Assembly (NCBI GenBank): GCA_963727455.1
Contig: CAVSGG010000008.1
Location: 224,001 to 288,000 of the forward strand
Reading direction: 5' to 3'
DNA: 64,000 nt
Source: Candidatus Krumholzibacteriota bacterium
GTDB taxonomy: Bacteria; Krumholzibacteriota; Krumholzibacteriia; JAJRXK01
Shown: in pieces, positions 30,859-40,099 of the stretch
Layout: each line of letters begins with the position of its first letter
Numbering within the stretch: the first letter of the stretch is position 1
The notes under the pieces: generated by a model
What the model was told of the DNA's origin: nothing
Database searches by the model: none
The model's input: only the letters and a program-made list of their open reading frames with translations
Position numbers and translations under genes: made by a program

Positions 30859-31833
30859 TCAGCGGCCCAAAAATCCCAGCACGAGAGCGCACAGACGCGC
30901 CAGCACATAGCACGAATAAAGGACGAAGATCGGGAAGATCCGCTGGATTTCGGGTCTTTTCCGCACGACGGCTCGCAGTGTGAGCAAGGAGGGCAGGCTC
31001 ACCAGCCCAATCCAGCCCAGGTGAAGCGGCCAGGAACGGAGACCGTGCGGACTCGCGATGACGCCAGCCACGAAGAGAAGCGCGAAGGAGAGCGCGAGCA
31101 AAGGAATGATCAGGCTGGGGATCTCGTCCGCCACCATGCCCCCTGCGCGCAGCCGATGGTAAGAATCCTTGCCGTGCCAGATTTCCTTCCGCAGAAACGC
31201 GGCGAGGGTGGCCGGTTCCCGGTGGTGCAGAACCAGCACTTCCGGATCATCCAGTAGCGTACCGCGACGGGTGAGCCGGTAGGAGAGATCGGCATCCTCG
31301 CAGGTCGTCAAGCTCTCGTCGAATCCCCCGAGCGCTTCGAACGCGTCGCGACGCACCGCCAGATTGGCCGAGGGAAGCCAGCGCGCCCGCTCGGGTTCAC
31401 CGCGAACCCGCAAGAGAAAGGACCAGGTCTTCTGGACCCAGGTCGTCCCCCGCTCGGCGACATGCGGGTAGTTCCCCACCGCGACCACGGTCTTCTGCCC
31501 GAGTGCGCGCTCGATCGCCTCCGCCCAACCGGCCTCGACGGTGCAGTCCGCGTCGAGGAAGGCGAGGTAGCGTCCGGTTGAGATCCTGGCCCCCTCGTTG
31601 CGCACGGCCGCGATGGTCTCAGCTCGTGAATGCACGACGAGCGCACCCTTTTCGCGCGCGAGTTCGGCGGTACGGTCCGTCGATCCGTTATCGACCACCA
31701 CGCATTCCACGGAGATGCTCGAACTCGTATTGCCCCGAATGGAATCGAGGCATGCCGGAAGATACTGCTCCTCGTTCCGCGCGGGAATGATCACGCTCAG
31801 ATCGACATGTTTCCTCTCTTGCGAAGCGTCCAT
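30859..31833 (-). CDS. GT2 glycosyltransferase
   Basis: SVIIPARNEE, VVDNGSTD, AFLDAD (DXD), GGFDE...EDADL; C-terminal TM helices. Confidence 0.9.
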   Translation of the reverse strand: MDASQERKHVDLSVIIPARNEEQYLPACLDSIRGNTSSSISVECVVVDNGSTDRTAELAREKGALVVHSRAETIAAVRNEGARISTGRYLAFLDADCTVEAGWAEAIERALGQKTVVAVGNYPHVAERGTTWVQKTWSFLLRVRGEPERARWLPSANLAVRRDAFEALGGFDESLTTCEDADLSYRLTRRGTLLDDPEVLVLHHREPATLAAFLRKEIWHGKDSYHRLRAGGMVADEIPSLIIPLLALSFALLFVAGVIASPHGLRSWPLHLGWIGLVSLPSLLTLRAVVRKRPEIQRIFPIFVLYSCYVLARLCALVLGFLGR

Positions 31834-33293
31834 CAGATCTCGAATTCTTCCATGAGCTCATCCTGCTCGATTTCTTCGCTCTTCCCCTCGAGAGTGAGGG
31901 TGAGGGATACCGCTAGTGCGCCGATGAACCAACCAAACTCATAGCGTTCCGCGCTAATGAAGAACGCGGTTACCCAAAACGCCACCTGGCTGGCCAGGAG
32001 CGTCTTCGCCCACGACCTCACCAGGGGATCGTCCGCCCCCTCCTCGTCGCGCAGCCGCAAGAGCCGTCGAAACACAAAGATATGGAAGAGGATCAGAAAG
32101 ATGAGGCCGGGGAGCCCGTACTCGGCACCCGTCTGTACCAGGATGTTGTGAGCCTGACGGGGCTTGCTCCTATCGTAGAAGCGATACTGGGAGACGTAGT
32201 TCGCCGGCCCGACGCCGAGAAACGGGTTGCCGAGCATCATCTTGGTGCCAGCTCGCCACGAATGTAGTCGTCCCTCCGCGCTGGCTTCGCCCTCGTAGTG
32301 CACGATGGTATCGGCCCGTCCCTTGAGGGTTTGGGGCGCAGCCACCACGTAGAAGCCCGCCAGGAGAATTACCCCTCCGATCAACGCGGGAACGCGGTGG
32401 CGACTTTGCCAGGCGATCATCCCGAACGCGGCGGCGATGCCCAAGAGTCCTCCGCGGCTCGCGGTAAGAAAGACACAGAGCACGGCCAGTGGAATCATTC
32501 CAAGTGCCGGCAACTTCCAAAACTTCGATTGGATGCGCTCCGAAAGATACCAGTAGAACGGAATGGCCAAGAGCAGATGCATCGCGAAGAAGTTGCGGTC
32601 CTTCAGCGTTGCTGACGAGCTACCGGGCCCGTCCAGCATGTAGACGCCGTGCACGTACTTTTGCATGAGAGCCCAGAAGGTGAGGTAAGCAAAGGAGAGC
32701 GTAACCAGCCAGATGCTCACCTTGAACCAGGATCGTTGGTTCATGAACGCGGCAAAGCTGCCGGCAAAGAGAAGCATCTTGGTAATGTCGATGAGGCGTT
32801 CATAGTTGCCCCCGTGGGTGAAAGCGGAGAGAGCCACCACCAGGTTGAAGCCTAGCATCACCAGCAGAATTCGATCCTTGGGTGGAGAGCCGCGGCGGGA
32901 CATCGATACCCTGACCAGGGCGGCAACCAGGGTAAAAACCGCGAGTCCCAAGGAAATACGGAGCTTCTCGAAACCCCACAGGACTTCGTGCGGCCGGGCG
33001 AAGGCCATGATGTAGTAAGCCCAGAAACCGATCTGGGGTTTGATGAAAATCACGATCCCCAAACCAAGCACCATGACGGCGCCGAGTGCGTACCGCGTGT
33101 TGTCGTGCAGAAGCAAATAGGAACTGATCAGGGAAAAGACGATGACGAGCAGTCCCACCAGGACGGAGCGCCACTTTACGAAGTAGCGACTCAGAACTTC
33201 CGTCTCGAGAGGATGTCTCTCCAGGGCTTCGTGGTGATTTCGGCGCGGACGGGGTTCCCTTTTCCCTTCATCGGCTTCACGCTGATCCGCCAT
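31833..33293 (-). CDS. O-antigen ligase/polymerase family protein resembling the exosortase A-associated O-glycosylation ligase
   Basis: Multi-TM; ARPHEVLWG, DRNFFA, TASRGGLLG, SAEGRLHSW, PFLGVG, AHNILVQTGAEYG. Start placed at ATG 33293. Confidence 0.8.
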   Translation of the reverse strand: MADQREADEGKREPRPRRNHHEALERHPLETEVLSRYFVKWRSVLVGLLVIVFSLISSYLLLHDNTRYALGAVMVLGLGIVIFIKPQIGFWAYYIMAFARPHEVLWGFEKLRISLGLAVFTLVAALVRVSMSRRGSPPKDRILLVMLGFNLVVALSAFTHGGNYERLIDITKMLLFAGSFAAFMNQRSWFKVSIWLVTLSFAYLTFWALMQKYVHGVYMLDGPGSSSATLKDRNFFAMHLLLAIPFYWYLSERIQSKFWKLPALGMIPLAVLCVFLTASRGGLLGIAAAFGMIAWQSRHRVPALIGGVILLAGFYVVAAPQTLKGRADTIVHYEGEASAEGRLHSWRAGTKMMLGNPFLGVGPANYVSQYRFYDRSKPRQAHNILVQTGAEYGLPGLIFLILFHIFVFRRLLRLRDEEGADDPLVRSWAKTLLASQVAFWVTAFFISAERYEFGWFIGALAVSLTLTLEGKSEEIEQDELMEEFEI

Positions 33294-33420
33294 GCCCACC
33301 TCTGAAGAATCGCAGGCCCACCGCCCGTGCTTGCCCTGAGACCGCGCGCAGTGGCGGTCCGAACCAAGGAAGAGCTCTCGAAGCACAGGAAGCGGAACGA
33401 GGAAGAAGTCCAGAAGACCA

Positions 33421-33435
33421 GCGGGAAGTATGCCA
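33421..33435 (-). promoter_or_regulatory. Weak sigma54-like promoter candidate
   Basis: Minus strand TGGCATACTTCCCGC: GG-N10-GC spacing is right but the -12 element is CCGC rather than TTGC. Confidence 0.3.
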
Positions 33436-33600
33436 TCCCCGCCATCTTCGGCACAAGAATCGGCTTGGGGCGTTGAGCAGCGATTTCGCGTGGAGTCTGG
33501 ATCTTGCTTCGGAACTGGCCTAGTGTGCTGCAAACTCGCATCCTGAGTCACGACAAGTTCACCGGCTCCAGCCGCGGATCCCGTCCGCTCGGAAGGAAAG

Positions 33601-34737
33601 ATGCCCAAGATCGTCGTCCTCCACCTCATCTCCCCCACCGGCTACTACGGGGCGGAACGCTGGGTCGTCGCGCAAATGCGGCATCTGGATCCAGCGCGGG
33701 TGGAAGCACACATCGCGGTCACGCGCGAGGGAGACGACCAGAGCCCGGAGATTCTGGCTCGGGCCAGCGATCTGGGGCTCTCGACCCACGAGATCAGACT
33801 CGCGCACCGCTTCGATCCACGCGCGGCCAGCTCGGTTGCCAAGCTTGCGTGCGCGCTCGATGCCCGCGTATTGCATGGACACGGTTACAAGTCGGATCTC
33901 TTGGCAGTGCTCGCGCGCCGACGCGCCGAGGCGTCTGTCCTATCTACTCCGCATGGCTTCGAGAAAGCCCTCAGCCCCAAGATGCGAATCTATCTCGCGG
34001 CAGGTCGTTGGGCTCTCCAGCGCGCGGACGTGGTAGCCCCGCTCTCCAGTGAGCTCGAACACATCCTCCTGGAAATGGGTGTTTCGCGCAGTCGCATTCG
34101 GCTCGTCGAGAATGGGGTGGATTTGAGCGAGATCGAAGCAGAGCTGGCTCACCCTCCCCAGAAAGAGAAGGATCCACGGCATCGCGCTTCAGAACGCGTA
34201 CTGGTGTATGTGGGGCGGCTCACCCCGCTCAAGAATCTCGATGCGATGATCCGTGCCTTCGCATTGCTCTGCGAGAGACGTCAGGGAGTGCGGCTGGTTC
34301 TGGTCGGAGAGGGACCCGAGAAGGCGGCGCTGCTCGAGCAGGCGAAGCGCGGTGCCGCACGTGGCTGTGTCGAGTTCTTGGGATATCGCGAGGATCGGCT
34401 GAGCTTGCTGCGGCACTGTGAGATATTCAGCATGAGTTCGATCACCGAGGGGATCCCCCGCTCGATGATGGAGGCTATGGCCATGGGGTTGCCGGCCGTG
34501 GCCTTCGACATTCCCGGGGTGAACAAGCTCCTGCGCAGCGGCGAGACGGGCATCGCCGTACAGCTCGGCGACTGCGAAGCCATGGCGAGTGCCTGGGAGC
34601 GCCTACTCGACGACGAGGAATCGAGACTTTGCATGGGCGAGGCGGCCCGGCGACATATCGTCGAACACTATTCCGCGCAGAGGATGGCCAGAGAATACGA
34701 GGAGCTCTACTTCGAGCTGGCGGCCCGCGCCAACTGA
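33601..34737 (+). CDS. GT4 glycosyltransferase
   Basis: YYGAERW, HGHGYKSD, ENGVD, VGRLTPLKN, EGIPRSMMEAMA. Confidence 0.9.
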   Translation: MPKIVVLHLISPTGYYGAERWVVAQMRHLDPARVEAHIAVTREGDDQSPEILARASDLGLSTHEIRLAHRFDPRAASSVAKLACALDARVLHGHGYKSDLLAVLARRRAEASVLSTPHGFEKALSPKMRIYLAAGRWALQRADVVAPLSSELEHILLEMGVSRSRIRLVENGVDLSEIEAELAHPPQKEKDPRHRASERVLVYVGRLTPLKNLDAMIRAFALLCERRQGVRLVLVGEGPEKAALLEQAKRGAARGCVEFLGYREDRLSLLRHCEIFSMSSITEGIPRSMMEAMAMGLPAVAFDIPGVNKLLRSGETGIAVQLGDCEAMASAWERLLDDEESRLCMGEAARRHIVEHYSAQRMAREYEELYFELAARAN

Positions 34738-35915
34738 TCGCTCATCTGCCGGACCCGGCTGGCGAAGCGATCCCAGCTGAAGCCCTCGGCCCAGCGACGG
34801 CTTTCCCGGCCCATGCGGCTTCGCAGTTCGTCGTCCCCGGCGAGCCGCCGCAGAGCGCCGGAGAGAGCAGCAACGTCCTCGGTGTCGACCAGAATTCCGT
34901 TCACACCATCGTTCACCGCATCGGGTACGCCACCGGTGGTCCCGCCCACTACCGGCAATCCGGATGCGGCGGCTTCCAGAAATACGATTCCGAAACCCTC
35001 CATGTCGTCACTGCTGAGCCGACGGTTCGCAAGCACGAAGAGATCGCACTGGCGATACAGCCCGGGAAGATCCTCCTCAGGAACGTAGCCCAGGAACCTC
35101 ACGACCTCGTCCAGTCCTAGCTCGCTCGATAGCTTTCGCAGCTCGGGTTCCTTTCCCCCCGTTCCCGCGATCCAATAGCGGAGCTGAGGAAATTCTCGCT
35201 TGAGTGGAACCAGAGCCCGCAGCACCTGCTCGTGCCCCTTTCGCGGCCAGAGCCGGCCCACGCTCAAAATCCGGATCTCTCCATCCGGCGGACGCATTTC
35301 TGCCCGAAAGCGCGTGAGTTCGACTCCGGGATGGATCACCGCTATCAGCTCAGGATCCACTCCCAGCTCGACGAGCAGTTGGCGGCTGTTGTTCGAGTTC
35401 GCCACGATCCCGGCCGCGGCGTTGTAGAGCCTCGGCATCAAGCGTCGTTTCCATTTGTAGTGCCGCTGGATGGCCACCTCCTCACCGTGGACATAGACCA
35501 AGTACGGCACCTTGAAGAGTTTCTTGTAGATCCAAGCCACAACCGCCTCAGGCAGTACGTGCCCACAGTGGAGAATCTCTGGCTGGAAAGAAAATCGCAG
35601 GCGGAGGGCGGCAAAAGTCATGCGCAGGTACAGCAGAAGGGACTCGGGCCTGAGAAACTCGTAGCGCTTCAAACTGACACGGGTCGTCGGCAGGGACGAT
35701 GCGGGACCCTCCCTCCCCACACCACGCTCGTAGTTTCCGGTAAGGACGTGGACCGTCCCTTCGGGATAGCGGCTGCAGGCGTTGACGAAGAGATTCACCG
35801 AGCCGCCCACGTGGGGAAGAAACCACTCGGTCACCAGCAGCACCCTTCGCGCAGCAGTGTCCTCTCTTCTTTCCTTTTCCTGTGTGTCGAGAGTCACGCT
35901 CGCTTCGGGGCTCAC
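34707..35915 (-). CDS. GT4 glycosyltransferase
   Basis: FLPHVGGS, YVHGEE, VGRLWPRKG, EGFGIVFLEAAA, GGVPDAV. Confidence 0.9.
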   Translation of the reverse strand: MSPEASVTLDTQEKERREDTAARRVLLVTEWFLPHVGGSVNLFVNACSRYPEGTVHVLTGNYERGVGREGPASSLPTTRVSLKRYEFLRPESLLLYLRMTFAALRLRFSFQPEILHCGHVLPEAVVAWIYKKLFKVPYLVYVHGEEVAIQRHYKWKRRLMPRLYNAAAGIVANSNNSRQLLVELGVDPELIAVIHPGVELTRFRAEMRPPDGEIRILSVGRLWPRKGHEQVLRALVPLKREFPQLRYWIAGTGGKEPELRKLSSELGLDEVVRFLGYVPEEDLPGLYRQCDLFVLANRRLSSDDMEGFGIVFLEAAASGLPVVGGTTGGVPDAVNDGVNGILVDTEDVAALSGALRRLAGDDELRSRMGRESRRWAEGFSWDRFASRVRQMSDQLARAASSK

Positions 35916-36529
35916 GTTTCCTCCCTCTGATCCTGTGCGGTGCCGCCGCCGCGTTCGGCGAGCACACGAGCCGGATTGCCGCCGACAATGGCCCGATTCC
36001 CCACCGGCTTGATCACCACGCTCCCTGCAGCGACCACGCAGCCCTCACCCACGTCGGCCATTACGATCGCTCCGTTCCCCAACCAACTGCCGCGGCCCAC
36101 GCGCACCAGCTCGTAGCGGCCCCCCTGTTCTCGGATGGGCACATCCTCCTGCTGATACGCGTGTTGATTCTTTCCCGAAAGCACATGGACGTTGGAACCC
36201 AAGAGCACGTCGTCTTCCAGATGGGCCAGACCAATGTTACAAAAGGCCCCCAGGTAGACTCTGCGACCCAGGCGGGCTCCGGGCCGGCTGAAGATCGTAC
36301 CGTAAGAGATGCAGACGTCACTGGCGCACTCGTCCAGGAGTCTCTGGTAGAGGGAGCGGCGGCAATACGAGCCGAGCGGTCCCCACCAGGTGGAGGCCCA
36401 CTGAGAAACCCAGGCGAAAACCTGAACCCGGTCAGCTCCCATTGCATAAAGAGCACGGGTGAGGAGCACGACCGGCGCGGTGAGCAGAAAGGCCAGGGAA
36501 TCGCCGACTCGTTTCAGGGTAGCTTTCAC
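35912..36529 (-). CDS. Hexapeptide-repeat (LbH) sugar O-acyltransferase
   Basis: LGRRVYLGAFC, VGRGSWLGNGAIVMADVGEGCVVAAGSVV...VGGNPAR. Start placed at GTG 36529. Confidence 0.85.
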   Translation of the reverse strand: MKATLKRVGDSLAFLLTAPVVLLTRALYAMGADRVQVFAWVSQWASTWWGPLGSYCRRSLYQRLLDECASDVCISYGTIFSRPGARLGRRVYLGAFCNIGLAHLEDDVLLGSNVHVLSGKNQHAYQQEDVPIREQGGRYELVRVGRGSWLGNGAIVMADVGEGCVVAAGSVVIKPVGNRAIVGGNPARVLAERGGGTAQDQREET

Positions 36530-36580
36530 GGCGCGCGCTTCTGAAAGAGGTTCCCGCAAGCAAACACGAAACGGCAACAG

Positions 36581-36596
36581 GCAAGGCCCGTTCCAG
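36581..36596 (-). promoter_or_regulatory. Putative sigma54 (-24/-12) promoter
   Basis: Minus strand CTGGAACGGGCCTTGC, one mismatch from TGGCACG-N4-TTGC, about 50 nt upstream of the acyltransferase-GT4 unit. Confidence 0.6.
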
Positions 36597-36911
36597 GGTG
36601 GCCTCGCAGCGAGAATCATCGCAAACAAAGGCCACTTCCAGTACTGATTCTCCTGTATCGGAGACCGTGGCCTTCTGGCGAGGAGACTAAAGGGCGTACG
36701 CCGCCGCGGCAAGTCCACTCGCGCGGCATTTCGATTTGGGTTTCGCGGCTCGAATGGGCCCTGGATCGGTGCTTTCAAGCCTACGCCCTCCCAAGGAGTG
36801 CTCTCTTTGCCATCCCGAGACTTGGCGAAAGAGGGCAACGGTCGTTAGACTCACGCCAGCCCGTGGCCAAACGGCAATCCTCCATTCTTCCACTGCAGAA
36901 AAGGAACCATC

Positions 36912-37724
36912 GTGAGCGAATTCTCTCCCGACCTTCAGGATCGTTGGGCCCTCATCCTCGGGGTCAGCAGCGGATTCGGAGCAGCCACCGCGCGCATCCT
37001 CTCCTCGAGGGGCATGCACATCTTCGGTGTCCATCTCGATCGGCGGGCCACTCTCCATCTGGTCGACCAGGTCAAGGAGGACATCCTGGCCAACGATCGC
37101 GAAGCGTGGCTGGTGAACATGAACGCGGCCGACGAAGAAGAGCGAAACAAGGCGCTGGACGACTTCGTGGCGTACCAGGGTGACAAGGCGATCGGCAGCA
37201 TCAAGGTCTTCTTGCACTCCTTGGCATTCGGCACCCTGAAGCCCTTCGTGAACGAAGAGGGACAAGCTCAGCTCAGTCAGAGAAATGTCGAAATGACCGT
37301 CGATGTCATGGCCCATTCCCTAGTCTACTGGGCGCAGGGGCTGGTCGAGCGCAAGCTGATGGGACAGGGCGGCAGCATCTTCGCCATGACTTCCAGCGGA
37401 AGCACGCGGGTCATCCCCACCTACGGCGCGGTCTCCGCGGCGAAGTCGTCCCTGGAATCGCACATCCGGCAATTGGCTTTCGAGTTGGCACCGTTTGGCA
37501 TCCGCGCCAATACTCTCCGAGCCGGGGTAACGGACACTCCCGCGCTACGCAAGATTCCCGGGCACGAAGTGCTCTTGGAGGAGGCCAGGCGCCGCAACCC
37601 CACTGGGAGACTCACCACCCCCGAGGACGTCGCCAAGGCGCTGTGTGCCCTTGCGGGGGACAATTGCGGTTTCGTGAGCGGCAACATCATCGGAGTCGAC
37701 GGCGGCGAGGAGGTGGTCGGCTGA
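36912..37724 (+). CDS. SDR oxidoreductase, enoyl-thioester reductase (FabL/FabI-like)
   Basis: LGVSSGFG Rossmann motif; YGAVSAAK (Y-x6-K); GVTDTPAL. Confidence 0.85.
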   Translation: MSEFSPDLQDRWALILGVSSGFGAATARILSSRGMHIFGVHLDRRATLHLVDQVKEDILANDREAWLVNMNAADEEERNKALDDFVAYQGDKAIGSIKVFLHSLAFGTLKPFVNEEGQAQLSQRNVEMTVDVMAHSLVYWAQGLVERKLMGQGGSIFAMTSSGSTRVIPTYGAVSAAKSSLESHIRQLAFELAPFGIRANTLRAGVTDTPALRKIPGHEVLLEEARRRNPTGRLTTPEDVAKALCALAGDNCGFVSGNIIGVDGGEEVVG

Positions 37725-37725
37725 C

Positions 37726-39198
37726 ATGAGCGGAGATCCCATCGAACATCTGGAGCGCTTTCGCCCCGGACTTCCCTTCATCAACGGCGAGTACGTTCCG
37801 CCGCGTGAGGAATCGCTCTTCCCCTCCATCAACCCCGCCACTGGCAAGATCCAGTGTGAAATCGTCGCCGCTGGCGCCCCCGAGCTCGAGGTCGCAGTGC
37901 ACGCAGCGCGCAAAGCCTTCGACGAGGGACCCTGGCCGCAAATGGCGCCGGCCGAGCGTGGCAAGGTACTCCTGAAGCTGGCCGATCTTCTGGAACAGAA
38001 TGTCGCGGAGATGGCCGCGCTGGAATCTCTGGACACCGGCAAGACCCTCTTCGATTCGGGCAAGATCGAAATCCCCTTTGCCGCCAAACTCTACCGCTAC
38101 TTCGGAGGTTGGGCCGACAAACTCGGCGGCGAGACACTCCCCACCGCCAGCGACTTCGTCTATACCCTCAGACATCCGGTCGGAGTCGTGGGAATGATCA
38201 CGCCCTGGAATTTCCCCTTCCTCTTGGCTTCCTGGAAGATGGCACCCGCGCTCGCTGCGGGATGCACCATGATCCTCAAACCGGCCCAGATCTCTTCTCT
38301 CACTGCACTCCGTTTCGGCGAAATCTGCAACGAAGCCGGAGTGCCGGCGGGAGTGGTGAACATCTTGCCCGGACGAGGCAGCGTGCTCGGTCAGGGATTG
38401 GTTCAGCACGAAGGGGTGGACAAGATCGCGTTCACCGGATCCACGCAAGTCGGAAGAGGAATCATCTCGGCCGCCAGCGCCACCATCAAACGAGTCAGCG
38501 TCGAACTGGGCGGAAAGTCGCCCAACGTGGTGTTCGCGGATGCCGACCAGAAGGCCGCCCTGCGCGGCGCGCTCACTGGCATCTTCTACAACAAGGGGGA
38601 AGTGTGCGCGGCGGGGAGCCGACTCCTGGTTCAACGCAGTATCTACGACGAGTTCGTCGAGCAGCTGGCCGCGAAGGCACAACAGTTGACGGTGGGAGAT
38701 CCCTTCGACAAGAACACACGAATGGGCCCCGTCGTGAGTGAAGATCAGATGCGCGGGGTCCTGGAGTACATCGCATCGGGGAAAGAGCAAGGGGCAAAGC
38801 TCCTCGCGGGCGGTGAACGAGTCCTGCAGGACAGTGGCGGTTACTTCGTTCAGCCCACCGTCTTCAAGAACGTGACGAGCGCCATGCGGATCGCCAGAGA
38901 AGAGATCTTCGGCCCGGTCCTGGCCTGCATTCCTTTCGAAGACGAGGACGAGGCGCTGCGAATCGCGAACGACAGCATCTACGGTCTGGCTTCCGCGGTT
39001 TGGACCAAAGACGTGGGACGCGCCCATCGCTTCGCACGGCGCCTTCGGGCAGGCACGGTATGGATCAACACCTACAACCTCTACGACCCGGGTGCGCCGT
39101 TCGGAGGATTCAAGCAGAGCGGATTCGGTAGGGAACTCGGCCGCGAGGGACTCTCGGCATACACCGAGAGTAAGACCGTCTGGACCCACCTCGACTGA
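37726..39198 (+). CDS. NAD-dependent aldehyde dehydrogenase
   Basis: PWNFP, FTGST, ELGGKSP, FYNKGEVCAAG, EEIFGPV, PFGGFKQSG. Confidence 0.95.
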   Translation: MSGDPIEHLERFRPGLPFINGEYVPPREESLFPSINPATGKIQCEIVAAGAPELEVAVHAARKAFDEGPWPQMAPAERGKVLLKLADLLEQNVAEMAALESLDTGKTLFDSGKIEIPFAAKLYRYFGGWADKLGGETLPTASDFVYTLRHPVGVVGMITPWNFPFLLASWKMAPALAAGCTMILKPAQISSLTALRFGEICNEAGVPAGVVNILPGRGSVLGQGLVQHEGVDKIAFTGSTQVGRGIISAASATIKRVSVELGGKSPNVVFADADQKAALRGALTGIFYNKGEVCAAGSRLLVQRSIYDEFVEQLAAKAQQLTVGDPFDKNTRMGPVVSEDQMRGVLEYIASGKEQGAKLLAGGERVLQDSGGYFVQPTVFKNVTSAMRIAREEIFGPVLACIPFEDEDEALRIANDSIYGLASAVWTKDVGRAHRFARRLRAGTVWINTYNLYDPGAPFGGFKQSGFGRELGREGLSAYTESKTVWTHLD

Positions 39199-39211
39199 AG
39201 CGGAGAGCGTC

Positions 39212-40024
39212 ATGGCAATGCAGTTCGAGACCATCCTCTACGAGCAGGAGAACGCGATCGCCTGGATCACGCTCAACCGCCCATCGCAGTTGAACGCCTT
39301 CTCGGGCAACATGCGTGAGGAACTGTTACACGCGTTGCTCGACGCGCAAGAGGACGCAAAGGTCGCAACCATCGTGATCACCGGGGCGGGAAGAGCCTTC
39401 TGCGCGGGCGGGGACGTGAAGCACATGGCTCGTCTCAAGTCCGAGCAAGCGGGTTTCGAAAAGCTGCGTCCCCTGCTCGATCAAGGACGCCGAGTGGTCA
39501 CGGTGATTCACGAATGTCCCAAGCCGGTCATCGCCATGGTCAACGGAGTGGCGGCCGGAGCTGGATGCAATCTGGCGCTGGCGTGCGACCTGCGGGTCGC
39601 GGGGGAGCGCGCCATCTTCACCCAGAGTTTCATCAAGGTGGGCCTGCATCCCGACTGGGGTGGAAGCTACTTTTTGCCCAGGCTCATCGGCCAGGGGCGA
39701 GCCCTGGAGATGATGCTCACCGGCAAGAAAGTGGAAGCCGAAGAAGCACTCGAGATCGGATTGGTGCACCAGGTAGTTCCATCCTCTCACCTTAAGGAGG
39801 CCACCCAGCGGATGGCCAAGCGCCTCGCGGCAGCACCTGCCACGGCGGCCCGCCTCATCAAGATGGCCGTCCACGGGAGTCTGGATAATGACTTGGTGGG
39901 GATGCTGGAGTTCGAGTGTGAGGCCCAGCGTCAATGCTGGGAATCGTCTGAATCCAGCGAGAGAATCGCGGCCTTCGACAAGAAGCGCCGTCCTGCCTTC
40001 GAGCAAAAGTTCCGTAACGGCTGA
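39212..40024 (+). CDS. Enoyl-CoA hydratase/isomerase family (PaaG-like)
   Basis: AFCAGGDV, NGVAAGAGCNLALACD, SFIKVGLHPDWGG. Has the Asp but lacks the two hydratase Glu residues. Confidence 0.85.
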   Translation: MAMQFETILYEQENAIAWITLNRPSQLNAFSGNMREELLHALLDAQEDAKVATIVITGAGRAFCAGGDVKHMARLKSEQAGFEKLRPLLDQGRRVVTVIHECPKPVIAMVNGVAAGAGCNLALACDLRVAGERAIFTQSFIKVGLHPDWGGSYFLPRLIGQGRALEMMLTGKKVEAEEALEIGLVHQVVPSSHLKEATQRMAKRLAAAPATAARLIKMAVHGSLDNDLVGMLEFECEAQRQCWESSESSERIAAFDKKRRPAFEQKFRNG

Positions 40025-40055
40025 ATCGCACACCGCGCGTTTTGCCTGGTAGGTC

Positions 40056-40079
40056 GGGCAGGACCAGCGGGCCCTGCCC
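40056..40079. terminator. Hairpin between convergent crotonase genes
   Basis: GGGCAGG...CCTGCCC inverted repeat followed by CTTT. Confidence 0.45.
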
Positions 40080-40099
40080 CTTTGAATCGCGCGCCGCCT

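Noticed and set aside
30430-30983. Short ORFs in the gap between GT2 and the 1509-aa gene
   Set aside because: No motifs and mutually overlapping; the gap is better explained as regulatory.
33516-33532. Sigma54-like TGGC...TGC on the plus strand upstream of the GT4 at 33601
   Set aside because: GG-to-GC spacing is 11, not the required 10.
33294-33638. N-terminal extension of the ligase ORF
   Set aside because: Runs through the divergent promoter region into the opposite GT4 start and does not look protein-like.
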